A DNA stretch of 64,000 bases from Octopus vulgaris (taxonomy: Eukaryota): assembly GCA_951406725.2 (NCBI GenBank), contig OX597814.1, positions 142,290,001 through 142,354,000 of the forward strand, in the 5' to 3' direction. Made by a program: the position numbers and the translations under genes. Positions 54,870 to 64,000 of this stretch are shown here, piece by piece (within the stretch, counting starts at the first letter, position 1; each line of letters begins with the position of its first letter). The notes under the pieces are model-generated. The model ran no database searches and was not told the DNA's origin. It saw only the letters and a list, made by a program, of their open reading frames with translations.

Positions 54870-55299
54870 ACAAACAAACAAGCAAGCAAACAAACAAATA
54901 AATAAATGGATAAATAAATTAAAAAAAACCAAAGCTAAAGGATGCTCACGGCTGAGAAACTTGTTGGTCAGAGATCAGGTCGAAAAGAATTGACCTAGGG
55001 CTAAACAACATCTGTTTACGATGTTCTGTCTGAGATGATAGTTACAGACGATGTCGGACTGGACTCAGATGCTGTAATGAGTTTGACTGACGTGTGCTAG
55101 CAGATCTAACTAAATAACCATCTCCCATAGGAGATATATATATCACAGAGAAAATATTATTTTCCTGAAGAAGGTGCGGCTAATAGAAAATTATTATGGA
55201 AACTGGGGATTAAATAAACGTTTATATTTGGTGTATGTGAATGTGTATATTTATGTGTGTTCATGCGTGTGGCATGCACCTTCCTACCTACCTACCTAC

Positions 55300-55404
<105 letters not shown>

Positions 55405-55655
55405 AGTCTGTCTGTCTAATATTCTTTTTATTTTATTTTTTATATATCTTACTTGTTTCAGTCATTTGGCTACGGCCATGCTGGAGCACCACTTTGAAAG
55501 GTTTTTAGTCGAACAAATCGACCTTAGGACTTAATATTTTAAAGATTAGTACTTATTCTACCAGTTTTTTTTTCCAAACTTCTAAGTTACGAGGACATAA
55601 ACACACCAACACTGGTGATGGGGGACAAACACAGACGCAAAGATACACACACAGA

Positions 55656-55701
<46 letters not shown>

Positions 55702-55704
<3 letters not shown>

Positions 55705-56921
55705 GGTGGGTAGAAAGTAATTTGGCATTAGAAATTGCTTATTGAATTTTTAGCATCACTGAAGTCATAAAGATAACATTTTTTAAACCGACAATTCTAA
55801 TGGGGATTTCTTATTTTCTTATTATCTTATTTCTTATTTTCCAGATGGCCGGTCGTTTCACTATTCAGGAGCGAGCTAAGATAGCTAAGACGCTGTGATG
55901 TGTGGAATTCCGTTGTTTTGGTTCAGAGACTGTAGCTTGTATGGAAAGGTAAGCATGCAACACTACGTTCGGAGATAATAAACAGCTGTCATGCAAAGCT
56001 GATGATTACGGGCTCTGTGAACAATGCAAGAAGTAACCGTCCAACCACGCCCCGATCAGCAGAGAACGTGGCAAAAGTGCAGATGTTTGACTGCAGCCCG
56101 TCGGTTGCAACGACGAGGGTCTCAGCTGATACGATCAACAGAACAGCTTGCTCGTGAAATTAACATGCAAGTGGCTGAGCACCCCACAAACACGTGTGCC
56201 CTTAACGTAGTTCTCGGGGAGATTCAGTGCGATACAGTGTGACAAAGCTGGCCCTTCGAAATACAGGTACTACTCATTTTTGCCAGCTGAGTGGACTGGA
56301 GCAATGTGAAATAAAATGTCTTGCTCAAGGACACAGCGCACCGCCGGGAATTGAACTCATGACCTTACAATCATGAGCCGAATGCCCCTAACCACTAAGC
56401 CACGCGACTTTTTGCAGCCCGCTAAAACCAACACATCAAGCAGCATGTGAAAGAGGACTAACAAGACACAATACGTACGGTGTTGCATAGAGAATTGAAT
56501 TTTCGTCCGTGGAAACCACATTACGTGCAGGAGCTAAAACCTGAAGACTGTGACCGCAGAATGGAATATGGGGAGTTAATGCTAGGTTGGTATGAAGATT
56601 GGCTTGAATTGTTTGAAAACATCCTCTGGAGTGACGAGGCTGGGATGTTATAATACCGATCGCACACTGGAGGACTTGGAGACACAAAATCAGGAGTTTG
56701 TCAATGATATCCCAGACAACGTCCTTCGGAAGGTTGTTCATTCCATCCCTGGCCGTTTGAGGAATCTGGTTGACGCCATCGGGGCTTACATTGAAATATG
56801 AAGATTTACTTTCATTTACCAATGTAATAAAGAACCTGTGTCGTTTGTTTCAATAAATTTGTAAAAGGAATATGGATTTTATTACCAATTTTTAATGCCT
56901 ACTTACTTTTCACTCACCCTC
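55702..56921 (+). mobile_element. internally deleted Tc1/mariner (Tc3-like) transposon
   Basis: TIRs CAGGGTGGGTAGAAAGTAATTTGGCATTAGAAATTG / CAATTTTTAATGCCTACTTACTTTTCACTCACCCTC; MAGRFTIQERAKIA..., KPHYVQELKPEDCDRR, ILWSDEA, RLRNLVDAIGAYIE*. Confidence 0.9.
56101..56412 (-). mobile_element. tRNA-derived SINE, body Y + tail T1, inserted in the transposase
   Basis: TSD TGCAGCCCG at 56092-56100 and 56413-56421. Confidence 0.88.
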
Positions 56922-56939
56922 TATATGTGTGTGTATGTC

Positions 56940-56994
<55 letters not shown>

Positions 56995-57171
56995 GATAGT
57001 TTTCTTTCAGTCTCCGTCTATCAAATGCACTCACAGGCTTTGGTTGGCCCGAAGCTATAGTAAAAGACCAAGGTACCACGCAGTGAGACTGAACTCGGAA
57101 CCATGAGGTTGGGAAGCAAGCTTTTTACCACACAACCTCTGCTCACCTTTACTTAGATTTTAGTAGTTATT

Positions 57172-58062
57172 GGATCTTTTCAATTCTGAAGCCAGGACCA
57201 CAGATCTTTCTACTTAACTAAATAATCTGAAACTTCGTATGCTGATAGAGTCTAGCAAAACAAGACACAGGTTGGAACTAGTTTATTTGAGAAAAATCTA
57301 TTTTATGACTTTAATCGTATATTAAAACTGCGAATTTTAACCAATCAGATTGTTTGTTTTCATGTGTAAAACTTGACTGCATTCTATTAGTGTGACGTAG
57401 AAAGCGCTTTTGTGACGTACTAACGTTCGTTTGAAAACTGTAAACAAACACAGAACGTAACGGCAGACGAAATACGGCTACGCATTTCGCCCGGCGTGCT
57501 AACGTTTCTGCCAGCTCTTTGCTTTTTTAATATTAAATTTCTTGCCTTTTGCACAAATAAATACAATAAGTGAAATGAAACGCATTAGCTTAGAAACGAA
57601 ATCTTGTTAGAAGCCTCGTCACTGAGATGCCACTTCTTAATAGCAAACGAAAGCAAGTACTAACAGAATGGAAACATTTTCAATTTAATACATGTGGCTT
57701 ATTAACTAGTTTTAAATATTGTTATTAGAAGGTGGCTGACTATAGGATCCTGGAAACATGAGTACGTTAAATAATTAGAAGGAGATTTCACGGAGACATG
57801 CGGTCTGTTTACATTTAAGATGTTTAATACGTCACCAAATTGGTGGTCGAGACGGAGTAAATAAAATAAAGCCGAATGACGGAATATCATTGGTTAAAAT
57901 TCTAATTATTAAACAACGTTAAACTTAGAAGTTACAATTCCGTTTTCATTCTGGTTTACAATTAAGTTTACTTTTGACACATTCTACCAGTATACGAAGT
58001 TTCAAATTGTTTGGTTCAGTAGGAAAAATTTGAAAAAACTGGCTTCAGAATTGAAAAGATCC
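57172..58062. mobile_element. non-autonomous DNA transposon with long TIRs, Merlin-like
   Basis: Termini GGATCTTTTCAATTCTGAAGCCAG / CTGGCTTCAGAATTGAAAAGATCC, symmetry extending about 170 bp, exact 8-bp TSD TAGTTATT; SINE-A fragment at 57452-57517. Confidence 0.8.
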
Positions 58063-58566
58063 TAGTTATTTTCTTGTGTTTTATCCTCATGTTAATTCTC
58101 ATTGAACATACATGCCGATGTATGTATGTCCATTCCGTATTTTCAGGACGTAGTTCAATCAGACTGCGTCATCACATGTGTTTCTGTTTAAGATATAATC
58201 CCTTGTGGTGTGTAATTTGAGAGTTATTTGGTTGCTATTTCTAGTTGGTCGAGTAGCCATATCATTAATCAGTCATTGACCTTTAACTCTGTAAAGTTGG
58301 AAAGTTGAATACGTGTGTGTGGGTGGGTGTGTGCGTGTGTGTGTGTGAGAGAGAGAGAAGGTATGATTATGGTGTGAAAGCGAGTGTATTTTAGCAACGG
58401 TGTCACTAAGTTCTACACTGATCAAACACGTTGTATGGTTTTTCTACTGCTGCTGTTTCAGCTGAGGTGTAAGATTTCTGGAGAAGACATCAGGTTTTTT
58501 TTTTGATAAAGAGGGAAAGCGCAAAGCGTTCTCTAGTAAGTTTTATCTCTGTCATCAAATAGTCTA

Positions 58567-58619
<53 letters not shown>

Positions 58620-58814
58620 AGATTTATTCTTGTTGAATATTGTAAATCATATATTGCTGTGTCTGTTCGATGTATAAACGGTTGAAAAAGTGCTTAGTTT
58701 AAAAACACGTTTGTTTAAGTGTGTGAGTGCGCGTGCGTACGCACGTGTACGTATATCCGCATGCATGCATGCATACGTATGAACCTATCTATCTATCTAT
58801 CTATCTATCTATCA

Positions 58815-58892
<78 letters not shown>

Positions 58893-58954
58893 ATGCATGT
58901 TTGTATGTATGTATGTGTGTGTGTATGTGTAAAGTATATACTTTATTATTCAAG

Positions 58955-59120
58955 CTGCAAAAACACCATAAAAATATCACAAAAATATCACAAAAAACTG
59001 CTACCCAGAGTTTCACGTTCCCGTTCATCGGAAAGTTGTGGTCCAGAATTCTGGATCACAACTGCCCGATAGAAACTCTGAGTAACAGTTTTTTTTTGTG
59101 ATATTTTTTGTGACGATTTG
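58955..59120. mobile_element. palindrome of inverted Penelope-like pLTR pieces with a hammerhead motif (58996-59037, minus)
   Basis: Symmetry centre GAATTC at 59046-59051. Minus arm reads AACTTT-CCGATGA-ACG(GGAA)CGT-GAAA-CTC(T)GGG-TA-GCAGTT; the plus arm lacks stem II. Confidence 0.65.
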
Positions 59121-59224
59121 CATCAATGAAGCATACCCCGGTATTCGAGTACTACTTTTTCCCTCTTTTTTCACATTCATGTGCTTACTCGGGTATACAC
59201 ACACACACATATGTATACATACAG

Positions 59225-59308
<84 letters not shown>

Positions 59309-59711
59309 GTCTGTCTGTGTCTGTCTGTCTGTCTGTCTGTCGGTCTGTCTATCAACACCCCCCCACACACACACACACAATGTCCATTAGTTCTCTGTAA
59401 TTTAATGCAACACGTAATTCCCTGATGATCCATTCTGGTCAAGCCTCCAGATGTTCTTGGAACATCAAATGCAAAGTTCTGAGCTACCATAATGGTGTAA
59501 TGTACGCAGGAATTAATAATATAAACGTGGGTTTATTGTAACTCCACCCACATTTGCTTTGTTTGTCATAAATAGTAATACTAATAAATATAGCACTTGC
59601 TTAACCACTATACAGGAAGCAGACAAGACGATGATAATCCACGTGAAGCTCTAAAATCAACATCAATCAGTTTATATATTGCCTATCTAGTCATATTTCG
59701 TGACAATTATA

Positions 59712-60277
59712 TTGGGTTGTCCGGAGAGTTCGTGCCGATTTTTAAAGGAAAGAAAAAGGTCAATAAATACTTGCCATTACATTTTTAATCAACCAGATAT
59801 GAACTATTTTGTTGCACAATGCGTCTCCATCTTTCTTTTAACTTGAAAACACCCTCTTCCCAGAATTGAGGTGGTTTCATGGCAAAGAATTCATCAAGGT
59901 ATCTTTTTACGTAATCCAAGGAATTGAAATTTTTACCATTAAGACTATTCTGCAGAGACCAGAATAAGTAGAAATCCGCAGGAGTAATATCTGGGGAATA
60001 TGGAGGGTGGGGTAACACATCCCAGGTGAGCTGCAGCAATTTCTGTTTGGTTCCGAAAGCATCAAGTGCCGAAAATGAACTTTCTTATCTTCCATTTTAA
60101 AGGGTTACAGAATTAACACAGGTTATAGGAACATAAACCTTCTTACACGAAAAGATAGCTTAAACTGTGCTCTAAATGGAGGTGTACTGAAATCCTATTT
60201 TATGGACTCAACCATGTTCTAAAATAAGTCGAAAGATAAGCTACTATAAATCGGCACGAACTTTCCGGACAACCCAG
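59712..60277 (-). mobile_element. internally deleted mariner element
   Basis: TIRs TTGGGTTGTCCGGAGAGTTCGTGCCGATTT / AAATCGGCACGAACTTTCCGGACAACCCAG, TA TSD; MEDKKVHFRHLML joined to WDVLPHPPYSPDITPADFYLF...ERWRRIVQQN. Confidence 0.93.
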
Positions 60278-60387
60278 TAGTTTTCCTTTTAGGTAACACA
60301 TTGCACACAGCTGTCTATATAAATTTTTTGTATACACATTAGCGATTCGTTAAATCATTCATAGATTTTTATGGTGAATATATATAT

Positions 60388-60773
60388 GGATGGAAGCACT
60401 CCGTCGGTTACGACGATGAGGGTTCCGGTTGATCCGAATCAATGGAACAGCCTGCTCGTGAAATTAACGTGTAAGTGGCTGAGCACTCCTCAGACATGTG
60501 TACCCTTAACGTAGTTCTCGAGGATATACAACGTGACACAGAGAGTGACAAGGCCGGCCCTTTGAAATACAGGTACAACAGAAACAGGAAGTAAGAGTTA
60601 GAGAAAGTTGTGGTGAAAGAGTACAGCAGGGATCACCACCATCCCCTGCCGGAGCCTCGTGGAGCTTTAGGTGTTTTCGCTCAATAAACACTCACAACGC
60701 CCGGTCTGGGAATCGAAACCGCAATCCTATGACCGCGAGTCCGCTGCCCTAACCACTGGGCCATTGCGCCTCC
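60388..60773 (-). mobile_element. full tRNA-derived SINE, body X + tail T1
   Basis: Head GGAGGCGCAATGGCCCAGTGGTTAGGGCAGCGGACTCGCGG; TSD TGAATATATATAT at 60375-60387 and 60776-60788. Confidence 0.92.
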
Positions 60774-61083
60774 ACTGAATATATATATATGCATATACCG
60801 ACAGAGAATTAAGTCCGAAATCAGCCGAATCGAGCGGTCCCTACTGATGAGGTTACGAAATAAGCCGAAATAAGCCGAAAGTGATTGATCAATATAGAGA
60901 ATCTTGACCTGTCAGTACATATGTATACAATTATGTGCTTTAACTACAGCTTTAGGTCTTTTTTTTGTCTTATTTCTATCAATGTAGGTGTTCTAACATC
61001 CTAATCATATTTAGTGAGAATTATAGTTTTCCTCTTAGGAAACACATTGCACACGGCTGCGTATATCAATGGTTTTGTATGTG

Positions 61084-61132
<49 letters not shown>

Positions 61133-61161
61133 AGCAGCCCGAGGGATATCGATCACGCATA

Positions 61162-61440
61162 CAAAAGTTAGGTGTTTTGTCAGTTCATGGACAGGCCGCA
61201 ATTGTCGGCGTAAGAGAATATATTCTGATTAATTTGCTTGGTGTTAAAACACGTGGAAGTCATAGTGGAGCGAAATAACTCGCATCAGGTCCCGTTACAG
61301 GAGCAATAAACATTAATGTTTCTTCATCTGTATGTCTTGTCAATACCGCGTACGCGAAACGTGATCAGATGTAAGATAAATCGCCTTCTTAGACCTGCAA
61401 TCGCAGCCTGCCCACAAACTGACAAAACACATACCTTGTG
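61162..61440. mobile_element. TA-flanked MITE with TIRs of about 55 bp
   Basis: CAAAAGTTAGGTGTTTTGTCAGTTCATGGACAGGCCGCAATTG / CAATCGCAGCCTGCCCACAAACTGACAAAACACATACCTTGTG. Confidence 0.7.
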
Positions 61441-61480
61441 TATATGTGTTTTATATGATATGATATGATATATGCATACA

Positions 61481-61550
<70 letters not shown>

Positions 61551-61918
61551 GGGATGGTATTGTTAAAATCCCATCACAAGTGGTAAGCGAATTATTAGCC
61601 GTACAGGCAAATTAATAAAATTCGGTTTTATTAACTACTTCAGTTTTCTTCACTACTGCTAAGATGTTGGAGTTTTCAGTCTTCTGTGGATACTTTTTAT
61701 TTTTTTGTATTGCTTGATGACATTTAGAATGTCATTTACATTGTGCCCAACACAATCCCATGGACAATAACATTGGTGGCTTTTGCTGGGCTTAAGCGGA
61801 TTCCAGCGATCAGAGCATGATGGATTCTCCCCATCTGGAAATAGTTGAATTATACGCGCGCGCGTACACATATAGCGATAGATAGATAGATAGGTAGATA
61901 GATAGGTAGATAGATAGG

Positions 61919-61982
<64 letters not shown>

Positions 61983-62476
61983 GAGGCAGAAAGACAGATA
62001 CCTGCCTGATGTGTGTGTGTGTGTGTGTATACATACAGACATACACATATACGGGTATAAGTATGTGCACCAGATAAGCCACCCATAATTGAATACAACT
62101 CACCCAACTAAAACTCACTACTTGAATGGACCATAAACAAAACTTGACTTAAACAGGATTTAGATAATCCTATCAGGTGGTGCTATTAAGTTAGACATGG
62201 CCTGGACCAATCTTTGGTCGAAACATATCTAAGTTTTATATATATATGCATATATATATATGAATGTATGTATGTGTATATATATATATGTAAATATAAT
62301 ATGTGACAATTATTCGGTAGCCATGATAAAACTCCAAGTTTCGGATGTCGGAGCGGAAACCCACGTCGCTATCTCTTCAGCTATCCGGCCATCGAAAAAA
62401 ATAATTGTCACATATTATATTTACAGAATAAATTCCTCTATTTACATAATATCGAGGGTCGCTTTCATTCTTTTGT

Positions 62477-62517
<41 letters not shown>

Positions 62518-62566
62518 GTATATATATATATGCACATACTTATATATGCATGTATGTGTGTTTATA

Positions 62567-62607
<41 letters not shown>

Positions 62608-62608
<1 letters not shown>

Positions 62609-63015
62609 CACAGGAGTGGCTATGTGTGGTAAGTAGCTTGTTTACCAACCACATGGTTTCGGGTTCAGTCCCACTGCGTGGAACCTTCGGCAAGTGTCTT
62701 CTTCTATAGCCTCGGGCCGACCAAAGCCTTGTCAGTGGATTTGGTATATGGAAACTGAAAGAAGCCGGTCGTATATATATATGTGTGTGTGTGCGTGTGT
62801 ATATGTGTCTGTGTTTGTCCCCCTAGCATTGCTTGACAACCGATGCTGGTGTGTTTATGTCCCCGTCACTTAGCGGTTCGGCAAAAGAGACCGATAGAAT
62901 AAGTACTGGGCTTACAAACAATAAGTTCCGGGGTCGAGTTGTTCGATTAAAGGCGGTGCTCCAGCATGGCCGAAGTCAAATGACTGAAACAAGTAAAAGA
63001 GAAAAGAGAGAGAGA
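62608..63015 (+). mobile_element. full-length CORE-type SINE (family C)
   Basis: Same organisation as 46546-46978. Confidence 0.9.
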
Positions 63016-63068
<53 letters not shown>

Positions 63069-63131
63069 TATATGAGTACACATACACGCACACACACACA
63101 AACATAGATATATCAGACAGGTATCCGTCTA

Positions 63132-63167
<36 letters not shown>

Positions 63168-63255
63168 TGTATGTATGTACGTATGTATGTATGCATGTAT
63201 GTATGTATCTATCTATCTGTCTCTCAGTCTAGCTGTCTAGCAGTCTGTCTGTCTG

Positions 63256-63361
<106 letters not shown>

Positions 63362-63620
63362 TGTGTGTATGTGTGTGTGTGTGTAGCTGAAATTTATAGA
63401 AAAACAAAAACAAAGGTCGAAGACAGGTGTATGAACAACAAGCGAGTATAATAGTTTGACGCCCGGGAAAAATGTAAAAGTCTTTTACGTTTCAAAAACA
63501 AAGAGTGAATGAAAAAAACGTGTAGAATTCCGTGATCCAACATGGCATACAGAAAGAGAGTGTGTGAGAGAATATATTTATACATACTTATGTGTCTTAT
63601 ACGTATTTTTATATACATAT

Positions 63621-63658
<38 letters not shown>

Positions 63659-64000
63659 ACACACATGCAGTGAGAGAACGACTGGAGTGGGGTGATAGGA
63701 CAGACCACACACGGTCATAAATACCAACTTAAGTTTAAAGACAAAACAAAATTTTGATGTTCACCTTTCTTGAAACAAATTCTGAAACAAATACATCAAG
63801 TATGCGCGCGTGTGTGTGTGTGTGTTTGTGCGTGTGTGTGTGTGTGTGCGTACATGTGTGTGCGTGGGGTTATGTATTTGTGTCTGTGTGGTATCTGAGT
63901 GAATTTGTGTGTGTGTGTGAATATACATACATACATATATATACTCAGGTATTAAGACATATACACATACACACACACACAGACACACATAGACAGAGAT

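Larger units (their letters stand above)
55440..57140 (-). mobile_element. CORE SINE interrupted in its internal TA tract by a Tc1/mariner element
   Basis: Tail half at 55440-55660, head half at 56995-57140. Confidence 0.8.

Noticed and set aside
60840-60900. CTGATGA...GAAA hammerhead candidate (similar weak hits near 50210 and 28890-28950)
   Set aside because: No proper stem I/III or UH cleavage triplet could be built.

Overview
Eukaryotic, AT-rich, gene-poor window made almost entirely of transposable elements and microsatellites. The tRNA-derived SINE families and dense (TA)n/(TATC)n/(CATA)n/(TAA)n tracts look like an Octopus (coleoid cephalopod) genome; this is inference from recognition, not a database search. 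I found no credible host protein-coding gene, and most ORFs in the track are microsatellite artefacts. Supported features: an intact-looking tRNA-Gln(TTG) gene (15339-15410), a tRNA-Phe pseudogene, decayed Tx1, RTE and R4/Dong-like LINEs, several Tc1/mariner, pogo, hAT and Merlin-like non-autonomous DNA elements, Penelope-type hammerhead motifs, and dozens of SINEs. The main signals are: (1) a SINE whose 3' tail resembles the Tx1 LINE 3' end, with that tail joined seven times (once by the LINE itself) to the same internal SINE position (GGTATTTCG), suggesting a self-targeting SINE/LINE pair; (2) a complete 2 bodies x 3 tails set of SINE module combinations; (3) restriction-like-endonuclease LINEs sitting in (CATA)n and (TAA)n microsatellites; (4) hammerhead ribozyme motifs with a non-canonical CCGA core, one inside a fold-back. 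Coordinates were read by eye and may be off by a few bases.
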